Assembly (NCBI RefSeq): GCF_036504375.1
Contig: NZ_DASXVH010000045.1
Coordinates: 9,921 to 73,920 of the forward strand
DNA from: Novimethylophilus sp.
GTDB taxonomy: Bacteria > Pseudomonadota > Gammaproteobacteria > Burkholderiales > Methylophilaceae
Reading direction: 5' to 3'
Length of the DNA: 64,000 nucleotides
Numbering within the stretch: position 1 is the first letter of the stretch; the number at the start of each line of letters is the position of its first letter. The notes below the pieces were generated by a model. That model ran no database searches, had not been told where the DNA came from, and saw nothing but the letters and a program-made list of their open reading frames with translations. Below, piece by piece: positions 51,339 to 59,467 of the stretch. Both the position numbers and the translations under genes were made by a program.

Positions 51339-51819
51339 TCCTGCTCCTCGACGACAACAACCTTGCCTTGATCTGCGCCAGCACCGTGGATGGCGCCAGC
51401 ATGGCCGCAGCCAGGCGGGGCAGCTCGATGCTGTCCAGGGTATTCTTGGCGACCAGTCCCAGCTCGGTATCGCCCTCCACGATCAATCTGCGGCTGAAAA
51501 ACAAGGTGTCCGGATCTTCCTTGCGTGTCGCCAACAGATAAAAATCCCGTGCCGTAGCGCTGAAGGCGAGGTCGGGCGCGGCACCGCAACGGACCGGCGA
51601 AAAGCCCTTGGGCGTGACCGTAAAATGCAGGTGCAGGCCGATATCCAGAACCCGAATCTCGATCCGCTTGCCTTGCAGCAGTTGCAGATCCTCCCGGCGA
51701 ATGATGCTGCCGAGTGCCAGATTCAGCACCGTGGTAAATGCAAACGATGGCGGTAATGCCGGCAGCCGCGCAACCATTCGGCTTAGCGGCTTGGGAAAGG
51801 CGAAGGCAAGCTGGCTCAT
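51331..51819 (-). CDS. ubiT: SCP2-domain ubiquinone biosynthesis accessory factor UbiT (YhbT-like)
   Basis: 162 aa. SCP2-type pattern (ATARDFYLLATRKEDPDTLFFSRRLIVEGDTELGLVAKN). ATGA overlap with ubiV. Confidence 0.8.
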   Translation of the reverse strand: MSQLAFAFPKPLSRMVARLPALPPSFAFTTVLNLALGSIIRREDLQLLQGKRIEIRVLDIGLHLHFTVTPKGFSPVRCGAAPDLAFSATARDFYLLATRKEDPDTLFFSRRLIVEGDTELGLVAKNTLDSIELPRLAAAMLAPSTVLAQIKARLLSSRSRNE

Positions 51820-52727
51820 GCGATTCTTTTCATTGCAGTTGAGGAAAGCGATTGTTCAATGCCTGGCTTGCCATGCCAATAGCCGTCGCAATCGGCATCT
51901 GGCAGCAGCCCCTGCAGCGCTGCCGCGGCAGTTTCGGCAGACCCGCCGCCATCCAGGCACTGACGGAACAATTCGACAACTTGTCCGGTGTGCCCGGCAT
52001 GCGGGCTGATACGCACCACGTCCACCCCCATATTTGTCATTTCACCCAGTTCCGCGGCAAGATTGTAAATGCTCGCAGATTGGGTCTGGATGCCGTTCAG
52101 CGCCAGAAACGGCTGACCATCGCGCGTCTTCAGTGCGAGCCCTTCCGGATGGTCCTGGCAGCGAAACTGGCAATCGTCCTTGGGCAGATTGTAGCGGCGG
52201 GCGGTGAAGCAGCGCGCGGAAAACGCCAGCGGCAGCCTGCCGTACGCGAACACTTCGGTTTGCATCTGCCCGGGCTTGTGCGCCAGGACGTCCGCCAGCA
52301 TCTGGCGCGACATTTCCACCGGCATCACCCAGCGCGTCGCTCCCGCTTCCGCCAGCACCTCCAGCGTATGCTGGTTATAGGTATTCAGATGCGGACCCGC
52401 GACAAACGGCGCGCCCGCCGCGGCATGCACCGCGCCCATATCATTGGCTTCGATCGCGAACTTGCCATTGGCCGCCAGGCGGCGCAAGGTCTTGAGATCG
52501 GATTCGGACTCGACCAGCGCCTGGGTGGAGAGCACCACTTCCTTGCCGGCCAGCGCCAGCTGTTCCGCCGCCTCCAGCCAGTCGTCGATGCGAAAGGCAT
52601 GACGCCGGGAGCACACCGTTTCTCCCAGGTAGACGATATCCACCGGCCAGGTTGCAGCCTGTCGGTAGAACTCGACCAGTTCTTCACGCTGCCAGTAATA
52701 AAGTATTGGCCCCAGGGATATTTTCAT
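51816..52727 (-). CDS. ubiV: U32-family O2-independent ubiquinone hydroxylase subunit UbiV (YhbV-like)
   Basis: ATG 52727 (MKISLGPILYYWQREELVEFYRQAA) parallels the E. coli YhbV N-terminus. Cys ligand context ETVCSRR and SARCFTARRYNLPKDDCQFRC. Confidence 0.85.
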   Translation of the reverse strand: MKISLGPILYYWQREELVEFYRQAATWPVDIVYLGETVCSRRHAFRIDDWLEAAEQLALAGKEVVLSTQALVESESDLKTLRRLAANGKFAIEANDMGAVHAAAGAPFVAGPHLNTYNQHTLEVLAEAGATRWVMPVEMSRQMLADVLAHKPGQMQTEVFAYGRLPLAFSARCFTARRYNLPKDDCQFRCQDHPEGLALKTRDGQPFLALNGIQTQSASIYNLAAELGEMTNMGVDVVRISPHAGHTGQVVELFRQCLDGGGSAETAAAALQGLLPDADCDGYWHGKPGIEQSLSSTAMKRIA

Positions 52728-52729
52728 GC

Positions 52730-53731
52730 TCATTTCCATGGCCGATGATAGGCGCCCAGCGTATTCTGCTGGCCTTCGGCCACCTTGTTGAGTTGCGCCA
52801 TCCACGCCGGGCTGACGCTGTAGTTTTCATGGTCGCGCTTGGCGGCATCGATCGCCGCGCGCCACACCTTGGTTACCTGCTCGACATAAACCGGGCTGCG
52901 CTGGCGGCCTTCGATCTTGATCGCGGCGATACCCATCTTCAGCATTTCCGGCAGCAGCTCCAGCGTATTGAGACTGGTGGGTTCCTCCAGCGCGTAATAG
53001 GTCTCGTCCTCCACCTCGAAACGTCCCTTGCACAACGTGGGATAACCGGCTTTCTCGTGTTCGTTGTAACGATCGAGCAATACGCCGTTCAGGCGCGATT
53101 CCAGGCCTTTCGGCGTCTGCTGCCAGCGCACCGCCTTGGCCGGCGAGCATACGCCGGCGGTGTTGGGAGACTCACCGGTGGCGTAGGAAGACAGGACACA
53201 GCGCCCTTCCACCATGACGCATAACCCGCCGAAGCCGAACAGTTCGATTTCTACCGGCGTGTTCTTGACCACCTGCGCGACCTGCGGCAAGGATAATACG
53301 CGCGGCAATACCGCGCGCTGAATGCCGAAGTGCTCATGATAAAAATTGATGGCTTCATAATTGGTGGCCGAGCCTTGCACCGAAAGATGCAGGCGTAGCT
53401 TGGGGTAAGTGCGAGAGGCATAGCGCATCAGGCCGATATCGGCGAGGATGACCGCATCCACGCCGGTTTCGGCAGCCTGGTCTACCGCCTCTTGCCAATG
53501 CTCCCAGCCGCTGGCCTGAGGAAAGGTGTTCAACGCCAGCAATACCTTGCGACCGCGCTCGTGGGCATAGCGCACGCCTTGCTGCGCCGCGGCGAGATCG
53601 AAATTCAGGCCGGGAAACGCGCGTGCGTTGGTGTTGCCGCGCAGGCCGATATATACGCAGTCGGCGCCATAATCCACTGCCGCCTTGAGCGCGGGGAGAT
53701 TGCCCGCCGGACAGACCAGTTCAAGCGACAT
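52730..53731 (-). CDS. ubiU: U32-family O2-independent ubiquinone hydroxylase subunit UbiU (YhbU-like)
   Basis: MSLELVCPAGNLPALKAAVDYGADCVYIGL. The protein is collinear with E. coli YhbU over its full length. Four Cys lie in GGLCVMVEGRC...GVCSP...PTLCKGRF. Confidence 0.9.
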   Translation of the reverse strand: MSLELVCPAGNLPALKAAVDYGADCVYIGLRGNTNARAFPGLNFDLAAAQQGVRYAHERGRKVLLALNTFPQASGWEHWQEAVDQAAETGVDAVILADIGLMRYASRTYPKLRLHLSVQGSATNYEAINFYHEHFGIQRAVLPRVLSLPQVAQVVKNTPVEIELFGFGGLCVMVEGRCVLSSYATGESPNTAGVCSPAKAVRWQQTPKGLESRLNGVLLDRYNEHEKAGYPTLCKGRFEVEDETYYALEEPTSLNTLELLPEMLKMGIAAIKIEGRQRSPVYVEQVTKVWRAAIDAAKRDHENYSVSPAWMAQLNKVAEGQQNTLGAYHRPWK

Positions 53732-54671
53732 TCAATTCCTCCATGATGTACGGCATATTGGCGCGGCAGCCCTGGCGGCTGTCGCGCTTGCGCAACTCCT
53801 GTTCGATGCCGTTGAGCACATTCCATTTCGACGAACACCATGCCGGCGCGAGCAATATGACTTGGGACGCAGTGGCGGTAACACGGTGATAGGGGATGTC
53901 GGCCGGCGTGCGCTCGACCAGATCGACGGCGATGCGGATGTAGTCCTGCTGCGTCAGCGGCTGATAGCCGCCGCGTCGCCATTGGTATGCCAGCATCGTA
54001 TGCTTGACCACGTGCAAAGGATGGATCTTGAGGCCATCCACGCCTATATCCAGCACGGTATCCAGGCTGGCATGGTAGTGCGATTCATCTTCGCCCGGCA
54101 GGCCGACAATCAGATGGGTACACAGGGGAATGCCGCGCTTGCGGGCGGCCTGTGCGGTGTGCCGGTATTCGGCCAGGGTATGGCCACGATTGACGCGCTC
54201 CAGCGTTTTGTCGAATGCCGACTGCAAACCGAGTTCCAGCCAGACCTCCAGGCCGCGCTGCCGAAAGCTGTCCAGCAGATCGAGCACGCTTTCTGAAACG
54301 CAATCCGGGCGAGTGCCTATGGATATCCCCACCATGCCGGGCTGGTCCAGCGCCTCCCGATACAGGGATTTGAGCTGCTCGATATCGGCGTAGGTATTGG
54401 TATAAGCCTGAAAATAGGCAATGAAGTAATTGGCGCGGGTACGGCGGAATATAGCTTCTTTTGCCCGGCTGATCTGCTCAGCCACGCCAAGCCGCGAGCC
54501 TGCGGTCGGGCTGAACGAGACGTTGTTGCAGAAGGTGCAGCCGCCAGTCCCTTTGGTACCGTCGCGGTTCGGGCAGGTAAACCCGGCATCAAGCGCAATC
54601 TTGTGCACGCGTTCGCCATAACGTCGCATCACGTCTTGTCCGTAAGTATTAATTCTGTCTGAAAGGACCAT
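53721..54671 (-). CDS. yhcC: Radical SAM protein, TIGR01212 (YhcC) family
   Basis: ATG 54671 after AAAGGAG. GERVHKIALDAGFTCPNRDGTKGTGGCTFCNN, FQAYTNTY, GTRPDC, EVWLELGLQS and LIVGLPGE are collinear with E. coli YhcC. The 3' end overlaps ubiU by 11 nt. Confidence 0.9.
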   Translation of the reverse strand: MVLSDRINTYGQDVMRRYGERVHKIALDAGFTCPNRDGTKGTGGCTFCNNVSFSPTAGSRLGVAEQISRAKEAIFRRTRANYFIAYFQAYTNTYADIEQLKSLYREALDQPGMVGISIGTRPDCVSESVLDLLDSFRQRGLEVWLELGLQSAFDKTLERVNRGHTLAEYRHTAQAARKRGIPLCTHLIVGLPGEDESHYHASLDTVLDIGVDGLKIHPLHVVKHTMLAYQWRRGGYQPLTQQDYIRIAVDLVERTPADIPYHRVTATASQVILLAPAWCSSKWNVLNGIEQELRKRDSRQGCRANMPYIMEELNVA

Positions 54672-54811
54672 CTCCTTTCTTCCTCTCAATCTAGGGCTCA
54701 CCGGGATGGTATTTGCGATGCCATTGTACAACAACAGGATCTTTTAATCGTTTGATGTGGGTCAATCAATCCGCAACCATCGGGCTCTGCTCAAACATTC
54801 AACAATGTCTT

Positions 54812-56791
54812 TTATCCGACGACCCGATCCGCCGCCTCATGAAGGCCAGGTGCAAGCGGCACGCCGTCAAGCAGGAGTTTTTCCAAGTCCTCCTTGGGCA
54901 ACGGCCGGCTGAACAGATAGCCCTGTATTTCATGGCAATCATGCGTAAGCATGAATTCCAGTTGGTCCATCGTCTCCACGCCTTCGGCAATCGCTTTCAT
55001 ATCGAGCCGGTGCGCCAGCGAGACGATTGCGGCGGTAATTGCCGCATCGTCGGTATTGTTGGCGATATCCTTGACAAAGGACTGATCGATCTTGAGGGTA
55101 TTGATCGGAAAATTCTTCAGCAAGGCCAATGAAGAATGCCCGGTGCCAAAATCGTCGATGGCCACCAGAACGCCCAGTGCCTGAAGTCCTTTCAGCACAG
55201 CGATGGCTTCGTCGGGATTGGACATCACCATGCTTTCGGTGATTTCGATTTCCAGTTGGTGCGGATCGAGACCGGTTTCGTGCAATACGTTCAGGATCTT
55301 CTTGTGGATATCAGCCTGGTGAAACTGCCGTGGCGACATATTCACACCCACCCGCAGGGTATGGCCGGCATCTTTCCACTCGCGTGCCTGCTTGCAGGCG
55401 GTTCTCAACACCCAGTCGCCGATCTCGATGATCATGCCGTTCTGTTCAGCCATGGGAATGAACATGCCGGGAGAAATCAGCCCGAATTCCGGGTGACACC
55501 AGCGAATAAGTGCTTCGACGCCTATGATGCGCCCGGTTTTGGTTTCCACCTGCGGCTGGTAGTAAAGACGCAGCTCGTTGCGCTCGACCGCATAGCGCAA
55601 GGCATTTTCCAGGGTCAGGCGCTCCAGTGCGCTGGCATTCATTTCCGCCATGTAAAACTGATACGAGTTACCGCCGTTTTCTATCGCCCGGTAAAGCGCA
55701 GTATCGGCGTTTTTCATCAAGGTAGTGCGATCCGCGCCGTCGTCCGGGTAAATGCAAATCCCCAGACTTGCCGTGGTATGCATTTCATACCCTTGTATTT
55801 TGAATGATTGCGCGATGCCAGCCAGAATTTTTTGTGCTATTTCAGCGATCTCCTCTATTTCCTGTATCGATTCCAGCAGGATGATGAATTCGTCGCCGCC
55901 CAACCGGCAGACAGTATCTCCGGCGTGCATGCATGCCAAAAGCCGTTCTGCGACGACTCTCAACAACTCATCGCCAATCTTATGCCCAAACGTTTCATTG
56001 ACATGCTTGAAGCGGTCGAGATCGAAGAAGATCAGGCCCAGCTTGGTGTTCCCCTGTCGCGCGCGTTCAAAAGCGCTTTCGAGGCGATCGTAAAGCATTT
56101 CGCGATTAGGCAAGCCGGTCAACGCATCAAAATTGGTCATTTGATGCAGGTTTTCCTCCATCCGCTTACGCAGCGTGATGTCGGTAAACACCGAGATAAA
56201 ATGCGTCACGCGTTTATTGCCATCCCGGATGCTACTGATGGTGAGCCATTCCGGATAAATTTCGCCATTCTTGCGCCGGTTCCATATCTCGCCTTGCCAT
56301 TGGCCTTCCTTGAGAATGGTTGCCCACATTTCCTCGTAGAATTTCTGTTCATGATGGCCAGACTGCAAAATACGCGGATTCCGGCCTATCACCTCTTCGC
56401 GGGTATAGCCGGTTACAGCGGTGAAAGCAGGATTGATACTGACGATATTGGCGAATCTATCTGTCAGCATGAAAGCTTCGGATGCGTTTTCAAAAGCTTT
56501 CTGATGAAGAAAAAGCGAAAGCTCGGCGCTCTCCTTTCCATCCAGCGCTCTCCCATGTTGACGCAAAATCCACCAGATAAATGGAGCACTTGTCACGACC
56601 AAGGTGGTGGCATCCAGCAGATTGTTCATAATATAGCCGCTGGAGAATCTCTGACTGATTCCAAGAACATCCAGCAAGAACATGATCGCCAGTTCTGTCA
56701 GGAACAGGAACCCTGTGATCAGTGTAAAAGCCCGCAATGTGGCAAAGGTTCGCCTGGATAAGCCGGACGACGTGTCGGAGTTCTCATTCAT
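54812..56791 (-). CDS. Membrane-anchored PAS-GGDEF-EAL c-di-GMP signalling protein
   Basis: 659 aa. Two N-terminal TM segments. PAS domain (SINPAFTAVTGYTREEVIGRNPRIL). RLGGDEFIILL. EALIRW, DDFGTGHSSL. Confidence 0.9.
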   Translation of the reverse strand: MNENSDTSSGLSRRTFATLRAFTLITGFLFLTELAIMFLLDVLGISQRFSSGYIMNNLLDATTLVVTSAPFIWWILRQHGRALDGKESAELSLFLHQKAFENASEAFMLTDRFANIVSINPAFTAVTGYTREEVIGRNPRILQSGHHEQKFYEEMWATILKEGQWQGEIWNRRKNGEIYPEWLTISSIRDGNKRVTHFISVFTDITLRKRMEENLHQMTNFDALTGLPNREMLYDRLESAFERARQGNTKLGLIFFDLDRFKHVNETFGHKIGDELLRVVAERLLACMHAGDTVCRLGGDEFIILLESIQEIEEIAEIAQKILAGIAQSFKIQGYEMHTTASLGICIYPDDGADRTTLMKNADTALYRAIENGGNSYQFYMAEMNASALERLTLENALRYAVERNELRLYYQPQVETKTGRIIGVEALIRWCHPEFGLISPGMFIPMAEQNGMIIEIGDWVLRTACKQAREWKDAGHTLRVGVNMSPRQFHQADIHKKILNVLHETGLDPHQLEIEITESMVMSNPDEAIAVLKGLQALGVLVAIDDFGTGHSSLALLKNFPINTLKIDQSFVKDIANNTDDAAITAAIVSLAHRLDMKAIAEGVETMDQLEFMLTHDCHEIQGYLFSRPLPKEDLEKLLLDGVPLAPGLHEAADRVVG

Positions 56792-57054
56792 AATCAGTTT
56801 TCATCAGCATATTGACAGCCGTTTTAAGCCGAACACAGCAACGTCGCTTTATAGGGGATTTTAATATGGCAATATCTTTATATTGCCGAACCTGCTCTGG
56901 GTTTGTTTTATTAAAACCGATTAGCATACCATATGAATGGTGCACCCGGTATTACCCCCAAAGCTTCAATGTTCTATCGTTATGCTCCAGCGGGCTAGCG
57001 GGAGCGGCTGCACAAAATACCTTGCTTGCTCACCTGCGCAGCCGCACGATCCCG

Positions 57055-57186
57055 CTAATGAAACAGCGCCAATGCTTTCTTTAATGTCTGGAACACCCCC
57101 CATCCCAATGGAATCAGGACATAGGCCCAGAACAGCACAAGCAGCACCGCGTGGCTTTCCGATTGAGGTTGTTCGCTTTTTATCAT
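57055..57186 (-). CDS. 43-aa single-TM peptide downstream of the OFA transporter (putative MFS small subunit)
   Basis: Below the ORF-track size cutoff. Hand translation gives MIKSEQPQSESHAVLLVLFWAYVLIPLGWGVFQTLKKALALFH. AAGGAG SD 6 nt upstream. The start is 11 nt after the MFS stop. Confidence 0.6.
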   Translation of the reverse strand: MIKSEQPQSESHAVLLVLFWAYVLIPLGWGVFQTLKKALALFH

Positions 57187-57197
57187 GTTCACTCCTT

Positions 57198-58568
57198 TCA
57201 TCCTTGCAACGGGTCGTCGACTTCGTCGTGTTTCATATAGTGTTTTTCATGCACTTCCTTCATCAGCAGATTGCAGACGAACCCAACGCTCAGCAGACAG
57301 GCCATGATATACAGCGTAAAAGTATAGGCGTCAGCCTTGGCGACGCCATGCTCGATTTGGTATTCGCGCAGATAGTTGACCAATACCGGTCCCAGCACTC
57401 CCGCCGTGGACCAGGCTGTCAGCAACCTGCCATGGATACCCCCAACATATTTGGTGCCGAAAATATCGGCCAGATAAGCCGGAATGGTGGAAAATCCGCC
57501 GCCATACATGCTGAGAATAACGGCGGCCGCACCGATGAACATGACGATATTGCCCTCTCCGCTAAAGGTGGGCAGCATGGAATAAAGGAAAGTACCAAGC
57601 GCGAAGAACAGGAAATAAGTATTCTTGCGGCCCAGGTAATCCGAAGCGGAAGACCAGATAAAACGCCCGCCCATATTGAACAGGCTGAGCAGGCCGACAA
57701 AACCTGCGGCGGCCTCGGGCGAAATTCCGCCCTTGAACATCTCCTGGATCATCACAGAAGCCTGGCCCAGTATGCCGATGCCGGCAGTAACGTTAAGGCA
57801 CAGGATCAACCATAGCAGGTAAAACTGCGGGGTTTTCAACGCTTCGTCGATATGTACGTGGCGCCTGGTGACCATTTTTTTCGCTTCGATCGGGGGGGTC
57901 CATCCAGCCGGCTTCCAATCAGGGGGCGGGATCCGGATAGCGAGCGAGCCGATGACCATGGAAATAAAATAAACAGTCCCCATTACCAGAAATGTTTCAG
58001 CCACGCCGACAGTGGCATCGCTGTGGAAATGCTTCATCAGGGTCACCCCCAATGGCGCGCCTATCATCGCTCCGCCCCCGAAACCCATGATAGCCATGCC
58101 GGTCGCCATGCCGCGCCGGTCCGGAAACCACTTGAGCAGCGTCGACACCGGCGAGACATACCCCAAACCAAGGCCACAGCCGCCCAGCACGCCATAGCCC
58201 AGGTAAAGCAGCCATATCTGATGGAGTTTCACTCCGATTGCAGAGAGTATGAAGCCGCCGCCGAAGCAGCAGGCAGCGGTGAACATGGTGCGGCGGGGAC
58301 CGACTTGTTCCAGCCATTTGCCGCCGAACGCCGCGGACAAACCGAGAAAGACAATGGCCAGGCTGTAAATCCAGCCCAGCGAGGTCAGTTTCCAGTCTTC
58401 CGGGAGCGATTGCGTTATGCCGAGAATACGCGTCAATGGCTCATTGAATACGCTGAAGGCATACGCTTGCCCGATACATAAATGCACGGCCAATGCCGCC
58501 GGTGGTATCAGCCAGCGGTTGTACCCATTACCGGCAGTAATTCTCTCCTTAGAAAAAAATCCCGACAT
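57198..58568 (-). CDS. MFS transporter, oxalate/formate antiporter (OFA) family
   Basis: ATG 58568 (MSGFFSKERITAGNGYNRWLIPPAALAVHLCIGQAYAFSVFN), the typical OFA N-terminus. 12 TM segments. Confidence 0.9.
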   Translation of the reverse strand: MSGFFSKERITAGNGYNRWLIPPAALAVHLCIGQAYAFSVFNEPLTRILGITQSLPEDWKLTSLGWIYSLAIVFLGLSAAFGGKWLEQVGPRRTMFTAACCFGGGFILSAIGVKLHQIWLLYLGYGVLGGCGLGLGYVSPVSTLLKWFPDRRGMATGMAIMGFGGGAMIGAPLGVTLMKHFHSDATVGVAETFLVMGTVYFISMVIGSLAIRIPPPDWKPAGWTPPIEAKKMVTRRHVHIDEALKTPQFYLLWLILCLNVTAGIGILGQASVMIQEMFKGGISPEAAAGFVGLLSLFNMGGRFIWSSASDYLGRKNTYFLFFALGTFLYSMLPTFSGEGNIVMFIGAAAVILSMYGGGFSTIPAYLADIFGTKYVGGIHGRLLTAWSTAGVLGPVLVNYLREYQIEHGVAKADAYTFTLYIMACLLSVGFVCNLLMKEVHEKHYMKHDEVDDPLQG

Positions 58569-58682
58569 GTTCTCTCCCGAATATTTTTTGTTGATTAAAG
58601 ACTGCGATCGACCCGCCGCTCCTGCAATGAAAAACATGATGAATAGTCTTACAAAAGTCGGCAGATAGCAATCATTCCGCCA

Positions 58683-58711
58683 CCGTCATGAATATGTCAT
58701 ATTAGCGTCAT
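58683..58711 (+). promoter_or_regulatory. Pho box (three 7-bp direct repeats at 11-bp phasing)
   Basis: CCGTCAT-gaat-ATGTCAT-atta-GCGTCAT, compared with the consensus CTGTCAT-A(A/T)A(T/A)-CTGTCA(C/T). It is followed by TAAAGT as a possible -10 element. It lies 34 nt upstream of the phoB ATG. Confidence 0.6.
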
Positions 58712-58744
58712 AAAGTACGCGGAATTCTTCGTAAGGAAAACAAC

Positions 58745-59431
58745 ATGCCCGCCAATATTCTGGTAGTAGAAGACGAACCGGCGATTCAGGAATTACTGAC
58801 GCTCAACCTGCAGCAGGGCGGCCATAACCCTTTGCGCGCGATGAGCGTGGAGCAGGCGCAATTGCTGATGCGCGAAACGCTGCCCGACCTCATCATCCTC
58901 GACTGGATGCTGCCCGGCATGAGCGGCATCGAGTTCGCCCGCCGGCTCAAGAACGACGATTACACCAAGACCATCCCCATTATCATGCTAACCGCAAAAA
59001 GCGAGGAAGCCGACAAGGTACGCGGACTGGAAGTGGGTGCCGACGACTACGTCACCAAGCCGTTCAGCCCGCGCGAACTGCTTGCTCGCGTCAAGGCCGT
59101 ACTGCGGCGGCGCGCACCGCAGATGACGGATGACCCGATAGAAATCGGCGGCCTGCGGGTAGATCCGATCACCCATCGCGTCACTGGAAACGGCACTCTG
59201 ATCGACCTTGGACCCACCGAATTCCGCCTGCTGCACTTCCTGATGTCCAACCCCGAGCGCGTGCATTCGCGCGCGCACGTATTGGACAAGGTCTGGGGGG
59301 ATCGTGTGTATGTGGAGGATCGTACTGTGGATGTGCATATCCGGCGCTTGCGCAAGGCGCTTGAAGCAAGCAAGCATGAAGAAATGATCCAGACCGTGCG
59401 CGGCGTAGGCTACCGATTTTCCGCCCACTAG
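58745..59431 (+). CDS. phoB: Phosphate regulon response regulator PhoB
   Basis: 228 aa. The receiver domain has ILVVEDE and LDWMLPGMSG. The winged helix has RTVDVHIRRLRKAL and VRGVGYRF. Confidence 0.95.
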   Translation: MPANILVVEDEPAIQELLTLNLQQGGHNPLRAMSVEQAQLLMRETLPDLIILDWMLPGMSGIEFARRLKNDDYTKTIPIIMLTAKSEEADKVRGLEVGADDYVTKPFSPRELLARVKAVLRRRAPQMTDDPIEIGGLRVDPITHRVTGNGTLIDLGPTEFRLLHFLMSNPERVHSRAHVLDKVWGDRVYVEDRTVDVHIRRLRKALEASKHEEMIQTVRGVGYRFSAH

Positions 59432-59467
59432 CCGATAATACCGATCCCTACATCAACGGTTTTCCAC

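Noticed and set aside
56868-56887. Hairpin GGCAATAT-cttt-ATATTGCC in the spacer upstream of the GGDEF-EAL gene
   Set aside because: There is no U-tract on either strand. It lies about 170 nt beyond the small-peptide stop. The 8-bp AT-rich stem could be chance in a 37% GC spacer.
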